This document shows positions 17,467-26,008 of a DNA stretch of 52,604 nucleotides, piece by piece. Each line of letters opens with the position of its first letter. The stretch's first letter is position 1. The notes beneath the pieces were generated by a model, which searched no databases, was not told the DNA's origin, and worked only from the letters and a program-made list of their open reading frames with translations. A program made the position numbers and the translations under genes. The DNA comes from Candidatus Margulisiibacteriota bacterium (GTDB taxonomy: Bacteria; Margulisbacteria; WOR-1; O2-12-FULL-45-9). The DNA lies in the NCBI GenBank assembly GCA_034723395.1, contig JAYEOW010000006.1, forward strand, positions 1 to 52,604, given 5' to 3'.

Positions 17467-17518
17467 AGGATAACATACCTGAAAAATATTTGCAATAATA
17501 TAGGGGCAGTGCTAAAAT
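17467..17518. promoter_or_regulatory. Divergent sigma-70 promoters sharing one palindromic -35 box
   Basis: TTGCAA at 17490-17495; 17 nt to TG-extended TAAAAT (17513-17518, +) and 17 nt to TG-extended TATCCT (17472-17467, -). Confidence 0.65.
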
Positions 17519-17541
17519 AGCTTGCTTAGGAGGGTTGTTTT

Positions 17542-17934
17542 TTGGTTGAGAACGTAAAAATAATGGTGGTAGATGATGAACCTTCGGTGCTGGAATCATT
17601 TAGGATGATCTTGGAAATAAAGGACTATTCGGTAGACACTTTTCCCGATGGCCCATCTGCCGTTTCCAAACTCGAAAAGGGAAAATACGACATCTGTTTT
17701 GTCGATTATAAGCTCCCCGGGATGGACGGTTTACAAGTACTAAAAAAGGTAAAAGAGATCGATCCAACGATCGAAGTGATCGTGGTTACCGCTTACGCCA
17801 GTGAAAAATCACAATCAAGCGCGATCCAACTTGGCGCGCTTGAATATTTGAGAAAACCGTTCCTGATGGATGAGATCTATGAGCTAGTCGAAAGAGGCCT
17901 GCGCAAAAGAAAAAGCGCAAAGGTGGAAAAATGA
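17542..17934 (+). CDS. Single-domain response regulator
   Basis: IMVVDDE, FVDYKLPGMDG, VTAY, YLRKPF; TTG start with AGGAGG SD. Confidence 0.92.
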   Translation: MVENVKIMVVDDEPSVLESFRMILEIKDYSVDTFPDGPSAVSKLEKGKYDICFVDYKLPGMDGLQVLKKVKEIDPTIEVIVVTAYASEKSQSSAIQLGALEYLRKPFLMDEIYELVERGLRKRKSAKVEK

Positions 17935-18389
17935 TAGGAGAAAACGTAAGAATTGCCGCCATCGATGATGAAAATACGGTTTTGGACTCTTTTAAGATGA
18001 TCCTGGAGATTAAGAACTATGATGTTAATCTATTCGAGTCAGCTACCGAATTCCTGAAGAATTTTAAAAAAGGCACATACGATATCATCTTCCTCGACCT
18101 GTTGCTAAAGAAAGACCCCCCTCCCTATAACGATACCAAGACCAGAGATGGCGGGGTTAAGATACTGGTAAAGATCAAAGAGATCGATCCGGATGTCGAA
18201 GTGATCATTGTCACCGGGTTCGCCACCGAAAAAACCCATTCTAATGCTATTTCTTACGGTGCGATGGATTATCTAAGCAAACCTTTTGTAATGGAAGATA
18301 TCTACGATCTGATCAACCGGGCAATCCGTAAAAGACGGGACAAAAAATCGAGGAAGAAAAAAGGCGGATCGATCGGCTCCGTGCATTAA
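17931..18389 (+). CDS. Single-domain response regulator with loop insertion
   Basis: IAAIDDE, FLDLLL, VTGF, YLSKPF. Confidence 0.88.
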   Translation: MIGENVRIAAIDDENTVLDSFKMILEIKNYDVNLFESATEFLKNFKKGTYDIIFLDLLLKKDPPPYNDTKTRDGGVKILVKIKEIDPDVEVIIVTGFATEKTHSNAISYGAMDYLSKPFVMEDIYDLINRAIRKRRDKKSRKKKGGSIGSVH

Positions 18390-18391
18390 AA

Positions 18392-19309
18392 TCAGTCCCG
18401 CTGACCGATCAGAAGCATCCTCTCAATGGCTACTTTAGCTTTATCCGCGACTGCCTTCGGAACTTTAACTTCGGTTTCAATATCTTCCAACGACCAAAGA
18501 ATTTTTTCCAGGTTGGTCATTTTCATATTAGGACAGATCGCCTGGTCGTAGGCGAGATAGAATTTCTTGTCCGGATTCTCTTTCTTCAGACAATGGGTAA
18601 TCCCTATCTCCGTCCCGACAATGATCTCTTTGGCATCCGTCTCAGCAGCAAACTTGAGCATCCCTCCGGTCGAGAGGACCTCATCGGCCAAAGCGATCGT
18701 CTCCGGACGGCATTCGGGATGGACCATCACCTTCGCCTTTGGGTGATCTTCTTTAACTGCAAAAATGTGCTGCGGGAGGATCTTAGCATGGGTCGGGCAA
18801 AATCCCTGCCAGAGGATGAACTTTTTATCCTTAACCTTGGTCGAAGCGTAATTGCCAAGGAACTTATCAGGGACAAAAATGATCTCTCTGGCATCTTTTA
18901 AAGAATTAACTACGCTTACCGCGTTAGCAGAAGTACAGCAGATATCAGATTCTGCTTTTATTTCGGCTGTAGAATTTACATAACAGACAACCTTTGCCTT
19001 TGGATTCTCTTTTTTAATTTTTCTCAAGCCTTCGATCGTGATCATATCGGCCATTGGGCATCCGGCATGCACTTCGGGCATGATCACTTTTCTGTCTGGA
19101 GAGATAATTGCCGCAGTCTCAGCCATAAAATGGACGCCGCAAAAAACGATCACATCCGCATCGGTTTTCGAAGCTTGGATAGAGAGGCCGAGCGAATCTC
19201 CAACGTAATCGGCGATATCCTGGACTTCAGCAATCTGATAATTATGGGCCAAGATTACGGCATTCCGCTCCTTTTTTAGCTTCTTTATTTTCTCAGCAAT
19301 ATCTTGCAT
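18392..19309 (-). CDS. nadA: Quinolinate synthase
   Basis: LAHNYQ, FCGVHFMAE, GCPMAD, CYVNS, CPNMK; true start MQDIAEK at 19309 overlaps the upstream stop. Confidence 0.96.
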   Translation of the reverse strand: MQDIAEKIKKLKKERNAVILAHNYQIAEVQDIADYVGDSLGLSIQASKTDADVIVFCGVHFMAETAAIISPDRKVIMPEVHAGCPMADMITIEGLRKIKKENPKAKVVCYVNSTAEIKAESDICCTSANAVSVVNSLKDAREIIFVPDKFLGNYASTKVKDKKFILWQGFCPTHAKILPQHIFAVKEDHPKAKVMVHPECRPETIALADEVLSTGGMLKFAAETDAKEIIVGTEIGITHCLKKENPDKKFYLAYDQAICPNMKMTNLEKILWSLEDIETEVKVPKAVADKAKVAIERMLLIGQRD

Positions 19310-19971
19310 TACCAACCCCTTTCTCTTGAAAGCATTCGCATCTTCCATATCTTCGGGGAACATGCTTTATAGATAAAACGATTGGCCTCCTCCAGCCATT
19401 TCAGCCGCTGGCTGTCAGTAAGCTTACTACACCACTTTAAATAATCTTTATCTTCTTTGGTTAATCTATATCCCTTTCTTTTTTTGCCATACCCGCTCCT
19501 CGCCATCTTAAGATAACCAAGATCTCTTGGGTCCTTTTCTCTCCCTGCTATCTCTTTCATCTTCAACAGATCATTAAAACTTATTAACGGTACCTTTACT
19601 CCTTCTACTATTCTTGTTTCTCGTTTTTTATATGCCTCTTCAAAAATTATCGGGTTTTTCGTGAAAAGGTCAACCCTTTCCAGTTCATCCTTAGGATTAT
19701 AAAAAATAATCGTCGATCCTTTCCAACCCTCGAGCTTCGCACAACCGTTAACAAATTCCATTTTGTCAACTTTTAAGGATTTATATACTTTATACTTCAA
19801 ATCCTTCATCGCTGTGAATATCCTATCAAAATTCTCTTTTTTTATATCCGCCATTAAATCGATATCAAGGGTTAATCTAGAAACTCCGTATAAATTAGTT
19901 GCTATTCCTCCAACAACTAGATACTCAACCTTATGTTTATTTAATTCTTTAATAATTTTCAAGTAAAACAT
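19309..19971 (-). CDS. Nucleotidyltransferase (DUF6036-like) fused in frame to its small partner protein
   Basis: YLVVGGIATNLYGVSRLTLDIDL, DLLKMK..AGREKD; tail WCSKLTDSQRLKWLEE. Confidence 0.8.
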   Translation of the reverse strand: MFYLKIIKELNKHKVEYLVVGGIATNLYGVSRLTLDIDLMADIKKENFDRIFTAMKDLKYKVYKSLKVDKMEFVNGCAKLEGWKGSTIIFYNPKDELERVDLFTKNPIIFEEAYKKRETRIVEGVKVPLISFNDLLKMKEIAGREKDPRDLGYLKMARSGYGKKRKGYRLTKEDKDYLKWCSKLTDSQRLKWLEEANRFIYKACSPKIWKMRMLSRERGW

Positions 19972-19972
19972 A

Positions 19973-21019
19973 TCAGCTGATTATTCCTCCTCCCAACACG
20001 TCATCCCCCTTACAAAAAACCACCGATTGGCCGGGGGTAATTGCTCTTTGTGGTCGCTTGAACACTACCTTTACCTTTTCCTCTTCCTGGGAATACAAAA
20101 CAGCCTCAGCCTCTAACGAATTATATCTTATCTTAGCCTTAATATTCAAAGGCTCATCGGGAGCCTTTCCCGAAATATAACTAACGTTATCCGCGATCAG
20201 CTCTTTTGCCAAAAGATCTTCCTGACCGCCAATAATTACCGCATTATTTTTACGGTCGAGTGCAACCACATATTTGGGGAGGCTTTTATGCGAACCTATC
20301 CCCTTCCGTTGTCCCAAAGTATAGAAAGCGATCCCGTCGTGCTGACCGAGAACATTTCCATCCTGATCCATAATCGGTCCTGGCTTAACCGCCTCCGGAC
20401 AATTCTCCTTTATAAATCGACCGTAATCGTCGTCCTCTACAAAACAGATCTCCTGGCTCTCCTTTTTCCCCGCCACCGGGAGATCAAACTTTTTCGCCAG
20501 CTCGCGAACTTCTTCTTTTGTCATCTCTCCCAACGGGTATAAAGTATGTGCTAAACTCTCCTGGTTCATCATATAGAGAACGTAGGCTTGATCTTTTCGT
20601 TTATCGATCCCTTTTAATAATTTGAATTGTGATACGGGAGATGTGATATGTGAAATGCGGGCGTAGTGACCAGTAGCCACAAATTCTGCTCCAAGCTCTT
20701 TCGCCTTCTGGTGAAGATAATCAAACTTAATAAACTGGTTGCATCTAATGCAAGGATTTGGTGTTCTCCCATGTTTATATTCTTTGATAAAATCATCTAC
20801 AACCTGCTTTTTAAAAACATCCCTAAAATCAACGCTAAGGTGGGGAATATCCAGCCCATCCGCAATCTTTTTTGCTTCAGCTCCTTTATCTAGCTCTGTC
20901 AGCCGCATGGTTATTCCAATAACATCATACCCCTGCTCTTTTAAAAGGGCTGCGGCCACAGAGGAATCTACTCCGCCAGACATTGCGACAACAATTTTTT
21001 TCTTGTTTCTTGGATACAT
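19973..21019 (-). CDS. mnmA: tRNA 2-thiouridylase
   Basis: AMSGGVDSS, TPNPCIRCN, ATGHYA, ESQEICF, AITPGQ. Confidence 0.97.
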   Translation of the reverse strand: MYPRNKKKIVVAMSGGVDSSVAAALLKEQGYDVIGITMRLTELDKGAEAKKIADGLDIPHLSVDFRDVFKKQVVDDFIKEYKHGRTPNPCIRCNQFIKFDYLHQKAKELGAEFVATGHYARISHITSPVSQFKLLKGIDKRKDQAYVLYMMNQESLAHTLYPLGEMTKEEVRELAKKFDLPVAGKKESQEICFVEDDDYGRFIKENCPEAVKPGPIMDQDGNVLGQHDGIAFYTLGQRKGIGSHKSLPKYVVALDRKNNAVIIGGQEDLLAKELIADNVSYISGKAPDEPLNIKAKIRYNSLEAEAVLYSQEEEKVKVVFKRPQRAITPGQSVVFCKGDDVLGGGIIS

Positions 21020-21928
21020 TTAAATCAGCGAAAATCCATAGCCCAGTAATAGGGACAATGCTGAAATAACGATTAGATAAGTCCACACGATCCTGTTCCC
21101 GAATTGTTTTTTAACCACCAGCAAAGTTCCGAAACTTGTAATCGGCCCGGCCAGCAAAAGGACCATCCCCGCCCCAATATTCATTCCTGAATTTACAAAC
21201 GCATGCACTAGCGGCACGGTCCCGGTTGAACACATATACATTAGCAATCCGAAAGGGAGAGCAAAAACATATCCATAACCCCCCCCCAGATAAAGAGCGA
21301 TCACCCGCTCGATCGGAGCAACCGAACTTATAAACGCAGCTAATAATAATCCGATCAGGATCTCTCTCCCAATATCTCTCGGCATTTCCCAGAAGGCAAA
21401 AACAAAGACCGATCTTATCCTTTCTAACAAAGGATGGATTTTATGGCTGTGCCCCTCTGCTCCGCAATGCTCGCAAACCTGGCTCTCCTCCCGTTTTTGA
21501 GGAGGGACAGGAAAGAGATTGCCAATCAATCCCATGATCACTCCAATTATAATTGCCGCAAAAAAGATAAAAATTGTAAATTTTAATCCTAAAAGGCGAT
21601 AGGTCAATAACAGGGCAGTGATCGAAGTTGCCGGAGTTGCTACCAGGAAAGCGAGGATCGGCCCCAAACGCGCCCCTTTTTTATAGAAGCTGATCGCTAC
21701 CGGCAGCGACCCGATACAGCAAACCGGCAGGATCGTCCCTACCAGCGCCGCCCAAAGGACCGATAAAAAAGTCCTTTTTGACAGGTATTTATTTACAAAA
21801 TCATCCGGTAAAAATTCGTGGATGAGCCCCGAGATCAAAAAACCTAGAGCTAAGACTGGAACAATATCCACTATATAATGAGAAATTGTCTTAAAAAAAA
21901 GATTAATGTCCATTTGATTCATCCTCAT
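21020..21928 (-). CDS. Permease, DUF318/ArsP_1 family
   Basis: LPVCCIGSLP, AFLVATP, YMCSTG; central CEHCGAEGHSHKIH loop. Confidence 0.85.
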   Translation of the reverse strand: MRMNQMDINLFFKTISHYIVDIVPVLALGFLISGLIHEFLPDDFVNKYLSKRTFLSVLWAALVGTILPVCCIGSLPVAISFYKKGARLGPILAFLVATPATSITALLLTYRLLGLKFTIFIFFAAIIIGVIMGLIGNLFPVPPQKREESQVCEHCGAEGHSHKIHPLLERIRSVFVFAFWEMPRDIGREILIGLLLAAFISSVAPIERVIALYLGGGYGYVFALPFGLLMYMCSTGTVPLVHAFVNSGMNIGAGMVLLLAGPITSFGTLLVVKKQFGNRIVWTYLIVISALSLLLGYGFSLI

Positions 21929-22334
21929 TTCTCGGCTTCCATCCCATCAGCTCCCCCCTCCTCATCTTCTTTAGATAATCATCGATCGCACTCTTTAACG
22001 CATCTTCCCCAAGAACAGAGCAGTGAACCTTTGCCGGAGGGAGACCGTCTAACGCCTCAACTACAGTTTTATTGGTTATCTCCAGCGCCTGCTCGATCGT
22101 TTTCCCAATCACCATCTCAGTGATCATCGAGCTGGTGGCGATCGCCGCTCCGCAGCCGAAAGTTTTAAATTTTGCATCCGTAATCACGTTATCCCTAACC
22201 CGGATATACATCTCCATAATATCACCGCAGACCGGGTTCCCCATCCTGCCAACCCCATCAGGATTTTCCATCTCCCCCACATTCCGAGGGTTCCGAAAAT
22301 GGTCCATTACTTTATCGCTGTATAGCCCAGACAT
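21903..22334 (-). CDS. iscU: Fe-S scaffold protein IscU/NifU
   Basis: YSDKVMDHFRNPRNVG, GNPVCGD, FKTFGCGAAIA, KVHCS. Confidence 0.95.
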   Translation of the reverse strand: MSGLYSDKVMDHFRNPRNVGEMENPDGVGRMGNPVCGDIMEMYIRVRDNVITDAKFKTFGCGAAIATSSMITEMVIGKTIEQALEITNKTVVEALDGLPPAKVHCSVLGEDALKSAIDDYLKKMRRGELMGWKPRNEDESNGH

Positions 22335-22335
22335 C

Positions 22336-23514
22336 TTATTTCCCCCCCCTTAATGGAGACATTTTTCTAAGTTTTTCCACGATCCCGGGAAAGACCTCTA
22401 ACACACGGTCAATATCCGCTTCAGTGGTCAAACGCCCTATTGTAAAACGGATCGAACCGTGCGCTATTTCGTGAAACAATCCGCAGGCCAAAAGGACATG
22501 CGATGCATCGAGCGAGCCGGAACTGCAGGCTGATCCAGTTGAGGCCGCAATCCCCTCCATATCCAAATTCAAAAGCATAGACTCCCCTTCAATATATCTG
22601 ACCGAGAGGTTTACGTTCTTTGGCAAGCGCATATCCGGATGGCCGTTTAGCTCGATCTCCGGTATCCGCTCCTTTAATCCCATAATTAACTTCTCTCTTA
22701 ACGGGAGTAGATGCTCGATCCTCTCCCGCAATTGATCCTTTGCCAGTTCGCACGCTTTACCAAGCCCGACGATCGACGGAACGTTCTCGGTTGATCCTCT
22801 ACGGCGATTCTCCTGCCCTCCTCCGCGAAGAAACGGAACCAGCTTAGTCCCCTTTCTGATGTAGAGGACTCCAACCCCCTTAGGACCGTAAAACTTATGT
22901 CCCGAGAGCGAAAGCAGGTCAACTCCCAACTTATCAACATCGACTTCAATCTCTCCAACCGTCTGTACCGCATCGGTGTGGAAATATATATCACGTCTCT
23001 CATCTCTCATATCACGTATCATTTTAGCTATCTCAGCAATCGGCTGGATCGTACCAATCTCATTATTAGCATGCATGATCGAAACCAGGATCGTTTTATC
23101 GGTGATCGCACTCCTCACATCTTCCGGACTTACTACCCCGAATTTATCAACCGGGAGACGGGTAATTTTAAAACCTCTTTTCTCTAAAAATTTACAGGAT
23201 TCCAAAATAGCGTGATGCTCGATCGAAGAGGTAATGATATGATCCCCCTTATGCTCGTTAGCAAAAGCTACTCCCTGTAGGGCAAAGTTGTCCGATTCGG
23301 TCCCTCCAGACGTAAAAACAATCTCTTCCGGTTTCGCATTGATCAATTTGGCAACCTTTTCCCGTGCTTTTTCGAGCGCCGATTTTGCCTCTCTCCCAAA
23401 AGAATAAATACCGGACGGGTTTCCGAACTTTTCCGAAAAATAAGGCAGCATTGCCGAAACTACATCCGGATGGGCCGGCGTGGTCGCGGCATAGTCCAAA
23501 TAAATTCTTTTCAT
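22336..23514 (-). CDS. iscS: Cysteine desulfurase
   Basis: YLDYAATT, SGHKFYGPKG, STGSACSS; start MKRIYL at 23514 with AGGAG SD. Confidence 0.96.
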   Translation of the reverse strand: MKRIYLDYAATTPAHPDVVSAMLPYFSEKFGNPSGIYSFGREAKSALEKAREKVAKLINAKPEEIVFTSGGTESDNFALQGVAFANEHKGDHIITSSIEHHAILESCKFLEKRGFKITRLPVDKFGVVSPEDVRSAITDKTILVSIMHANNEIGTIQPIAEIAKMIRDMRDERRDIYFHTDAVQTVGEIEVDVDKLGVDLLSLSGHKFYGPKGVGVLYIRKGTKLVPFLRGGGQENRRRGSTENVPSIVGLGKACELAKDQLRERIEHLLPLREKLIMGLKERIPEIELNGHPDMRLPKNVNLSVRYIEGESMLLNLDMEGIAASTGSACSSGSLDASHVLLACGLFHEIAHGSIRFTIGRLTTEADIDRVLEVFPGIVEKLRKMSPLRGGK

Positions 23515-23921
23515 CGTTTTTTCTCCTTGCACAGATCGGCCAGTGAAGTCGAGTCAAATACCTTTGCTACTTTATTGCTCAAGCTTGCCCAGAGCGATTT
23601 AGTAGAACAACTTCCGCTCCTGGGACAACGGGAACCATGAGGGAAACAATCAGCCAAGATGATCGGGCCATCCGCTGCTTTGATAATATCTCCAATACTA
23701 ATCCTATTGGGCAGTTTGGCCAATTTATACCCGCCAGCAGGACCTTTTGTAGTTTTAACTAGTCCACCCTTTTTTAGCTTTAAAAGGATCTGCTCCAGGT
23801 AAGATAAGGGGATCTGTTGGCTTTTTGATATCATCGCAGCGCTGATCGGCACATCTTCGCAATTCGATGCCAGGTCAAACATCGCCGAAACTGCATATCT
23901 TCCACGGGTTGAAAGTTTCAT
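23511..23921 (-). CDS. iscR: Rrf2 family regulator IscR
   Basis: MKLSTRGRYA, SYLEQIL, GPAGGYKL, three Cys in CFPHGSRCPRSGSC; heads iscSU. Confidence 0.88.
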   Translation of the reverse strand: MKLSTRGRYAVSAMFDLASNCEDVPISAAMISKSQQIPLSYLEQILLKLKKGGLVKTTKGPAGGYKLAKLPNRISIGDIIKAADGPIILADCFPHGSRCPRSGSCSTKSLWASLSNKVAKVFDSTSLADLCKEKKR

Positions 23922-23930
23922 TATAGGAGG

Positions 23931-23963
23931 ATTATATAATAGTTGACCTTTCTTGTCAACTAC
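23931..23963 (-). promoter_or_regulatory. iscR promoter with overlapping IscR type-1-like operator
   Basis: TTGACA-N17-TATAAT; palindrome ATAGTTGACCTTTCTTGTCAACTAC at 23939-23963. Confidence 0.85.
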
Positions 23964-23979
23964 TAACAGCATCGCTCAG

Positions 23980-24137
23980 CCCTCACCCAAGTTGTCACTT
24001 ATGGTTATTTTATTCTTTACAACCCTCTCCCAGAGGGAGAGGGAGTAGCTCTAAGATCGAATACCATCCAGCCCCTCTCCTCTTGGGAGAGGGAAGTTAA
24101 AGATTAACTTAACTTTAACCAATATCCGGGGTGAGGG
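23980..24137. repeat. Composite REP-like palindrome
   Basis: Outer CCCTCACCC/GGGTGAGGG enclosing two CCCTCTCC..GGGAGAGGG hairpins (24023-24043, 24073-24093). Confidence 0.8.
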
Positions 24138-24909
24138 ATTCATTCATGCTCCCGGTCCGATACCCCTTGAGATCTAAAGTTACGTAAGTATATCCTAGCT
24201 TTTCAAACTTTTCAGCGATCTCATCCATTAACTCCGCAGCCAATACCCGATCCTCCAGTTCGATCCGGACGATCGCATCGTGGTGCCTTACTCTTAGCTG
24301 TTTAAATCCGATCGAGCGAAGATATCTTTCCCCCTCCTCCACCCGCTTTAATATATCTTTTGTTATTCTGGTCCCGTACGGAATTCTTGAGGCGAGACAG
24401 GCATAAGATGGCTTATCCCAGGTGGGAAGGCCCCACTCTTTAGAAGTGTCACGAATTTTCTGTTTGGTAAAACCGAGTCCTTGAAGTGGACTTTTTACTC
24501 CAAGTTCACACTTGGCCTGAGTCCCGGGGCGGTAATCGGATTTATCATCAAAATTCGATCCGTCCAGCACATGATCGATCCCGTTCTCTTTAGCAATATC
24601 ATTTAATCTGGAAAATAGCTCTTTTTTACAATAGTAACAGCGCTCTTTGGGATTCTTTACGAAATCCTCATCTGAGAATTCATCGGTATGGATCAATTTA
24701 CACCTTACTCCGAATTCTTTGCAAAGTTTTTCTGCCCGGGCCACTTCATCAGAAGGATATGTGGGGGATTCGGCGATGACGGCAAGAATATTTTCTTTGC
24801 CGACCGCTTTTATCGCTGCAGCAAGGAGGAACGTACTGTCTACCCCGCCAGAGAAGGCAATTAGCACCTTTTTAAGATCAGAAAGATAGTTATTTAACTT
24901 AGAAAGCAT
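24115..24909 (-). CDS. LarE-like PP-loop sulfur transferase (TIGR00268)
   Basis: AFSGGVDS, RCYYCKK, DYRPG, ACLASR, GYRTGSMN. Confidence 0.9.
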   Translation of the reverse strand: MLSKLNNYLSDLKKVLIAFSGGVDSTFLLAAAIKAVGKENILAVIAESPTYPSDEVARAEKLCKEFGVRCKLIHTDEFSDEDFVKNPKERCYYCKKELFSRLNDIAKENGIDHVLDGSNFDDKSDYRPGTQAKCELGVKSPLQGLGFTKQKIRDTSKEWGLPTWDKPSYACLASRIPYGTRITKDILKRVEEGERYLRSIGFKQLRVRHHDAIVRIELEDRVLAAELMDEIAEKFEKLGYTYVTLDLKGYRTGSMNESLTPDIG

Positions 24910-24949
24910 CCATTAATAATACTATATGAGAGGAAACTAAGGAAGGGGG

Positions 24950-25327
24950 TTAGGACTTTAAGACGTAGTATCTGATCTTTCTTTTACCAAACTTTAACGC
25001 GTCATTATATTCGCGCATCCAAATGTCGATCCGTTTTTTATACCTGCGGTTCATACGATCTTCAACCACAAACACCTGATCGCCAAAACCTTCGATCAAA
25101 ACCTTGGTCCCAAAGGGAAGAGCATTGGTCGCTATAACACCTTCTCTGCAGCGGGTACCAGAAGCGGTTATCCAGGGGGTGCTGTCACACTGCCACTCCA
25201 TTGAGTTATATGCAGTAGCCACCGTGATCCCACTATATGCCACTTTATAACCTAAATGGCGGGCTGAAGAAGCAATCGTAGTCAGCGCAAATAGCAATAT
25301 TATGAGTATGAATGTTGTTACTCTCAT
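24950..25327 (-). CDS. Secreted 3D-domain protein
   Basis: Signal peptide, ATAYNS, ITASG, LPFGTKV, VEDRM, RIDIW. Confidence 0.88.
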   Translation of the reverse strand: MRVTTFILIILLFALTTIASSARHLGYKVAYSGITVATAYNSMEWQCDSTPWITASGTRCREGVIATNALPFGTKVLIEGFGDQVFVVEDRMNRRYKKRIDIWMREYNDALKFGKRKIRYYVLKS

Positions 25328-25382
25328 AGGTAATCTCTTACTTATACTATCGGAAACTAAGTGGTAAAACTTGCGTTATTTA

Positions 25383-25973
25383 TTAGTTACGAAATAGCTG
25401 TCGAGCTGGTTTCTGAATAGTCTGGTAGATTGTGGCTGCGGCAAATAATTTAACGATATCCCCGGGTATAAACGGCAGGACTCCCAGAGCAATCGCGTTA
25501 GGCATAGCTATATGCAAGACCAAGGCGAGCTGGATCGCACCTAAAGTAAATAATATAAGAGATCCGAGGAGCATCGCTCCGGATATCTTAACAAAACTCG
25601 CTTCCTCATCTCTCCCCAGTATTTGTCCGATAACAAAAGCGGCCAGGATAAATCCGATCAGATACCCTCCAGTTGGCCCCATTAATCTCGCGATCCCATA
25701 AAGACCACCGGTAAACACCGGAAGACCAAAGATCCCAACCATTAAGTATCCGCTCTGACTTAATGCTCCAAGCTTCCTGCCAAGCATCGCTCCAGCCAAG
25801 AGGACAAAGAAAGTTTGTAAAGTAATCGGCACTGGACTAAAAGGGAGTGGGATACGAATATAAGCTCCAGCGGCGGTCAAGGCAATAAAGCTAATCACCC
25901 CGATCAACATACCGATCCTTTTATTTAAAAGAAAGTCCCTATCCCGTACCTTTACCAATACTTGAGATCTCAT
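25383..25973 (-). CDS. bioY: Biotin transporter BioY
   Basis: PVPITLQT, GLPVF, GPTGGYLIGF, PFIPGD. Confidence 0.95.
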   Translation of the reverse strand: MRSQVLVKVRDRDFLLNKRIGMLIGVISFIALTAAGAYIRIPLPFSPVPITLQTFFVLLAGAMLGRKLGALSQSGYLMVGIFGLPVFTGGLYGIARLMGPTGGYLIGFILAAFVIGQILGRDEEASFVKISGAMLLGSLILFTLGAIQLALVLHIAMPNAIALGVLPFIPGDIVKLFAAATIYQTIQKPARQLFRN

Positions 25974-26008
25974 AAAGAATCACCTCAGGGGATATTATAC
26001 CAGAAAAA

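Noticed and set aside
19310..19363. N-terminal extension of NadA
   Set aside because: Overlaps the upstream ORF; TAATG coupling supports the start at 19309
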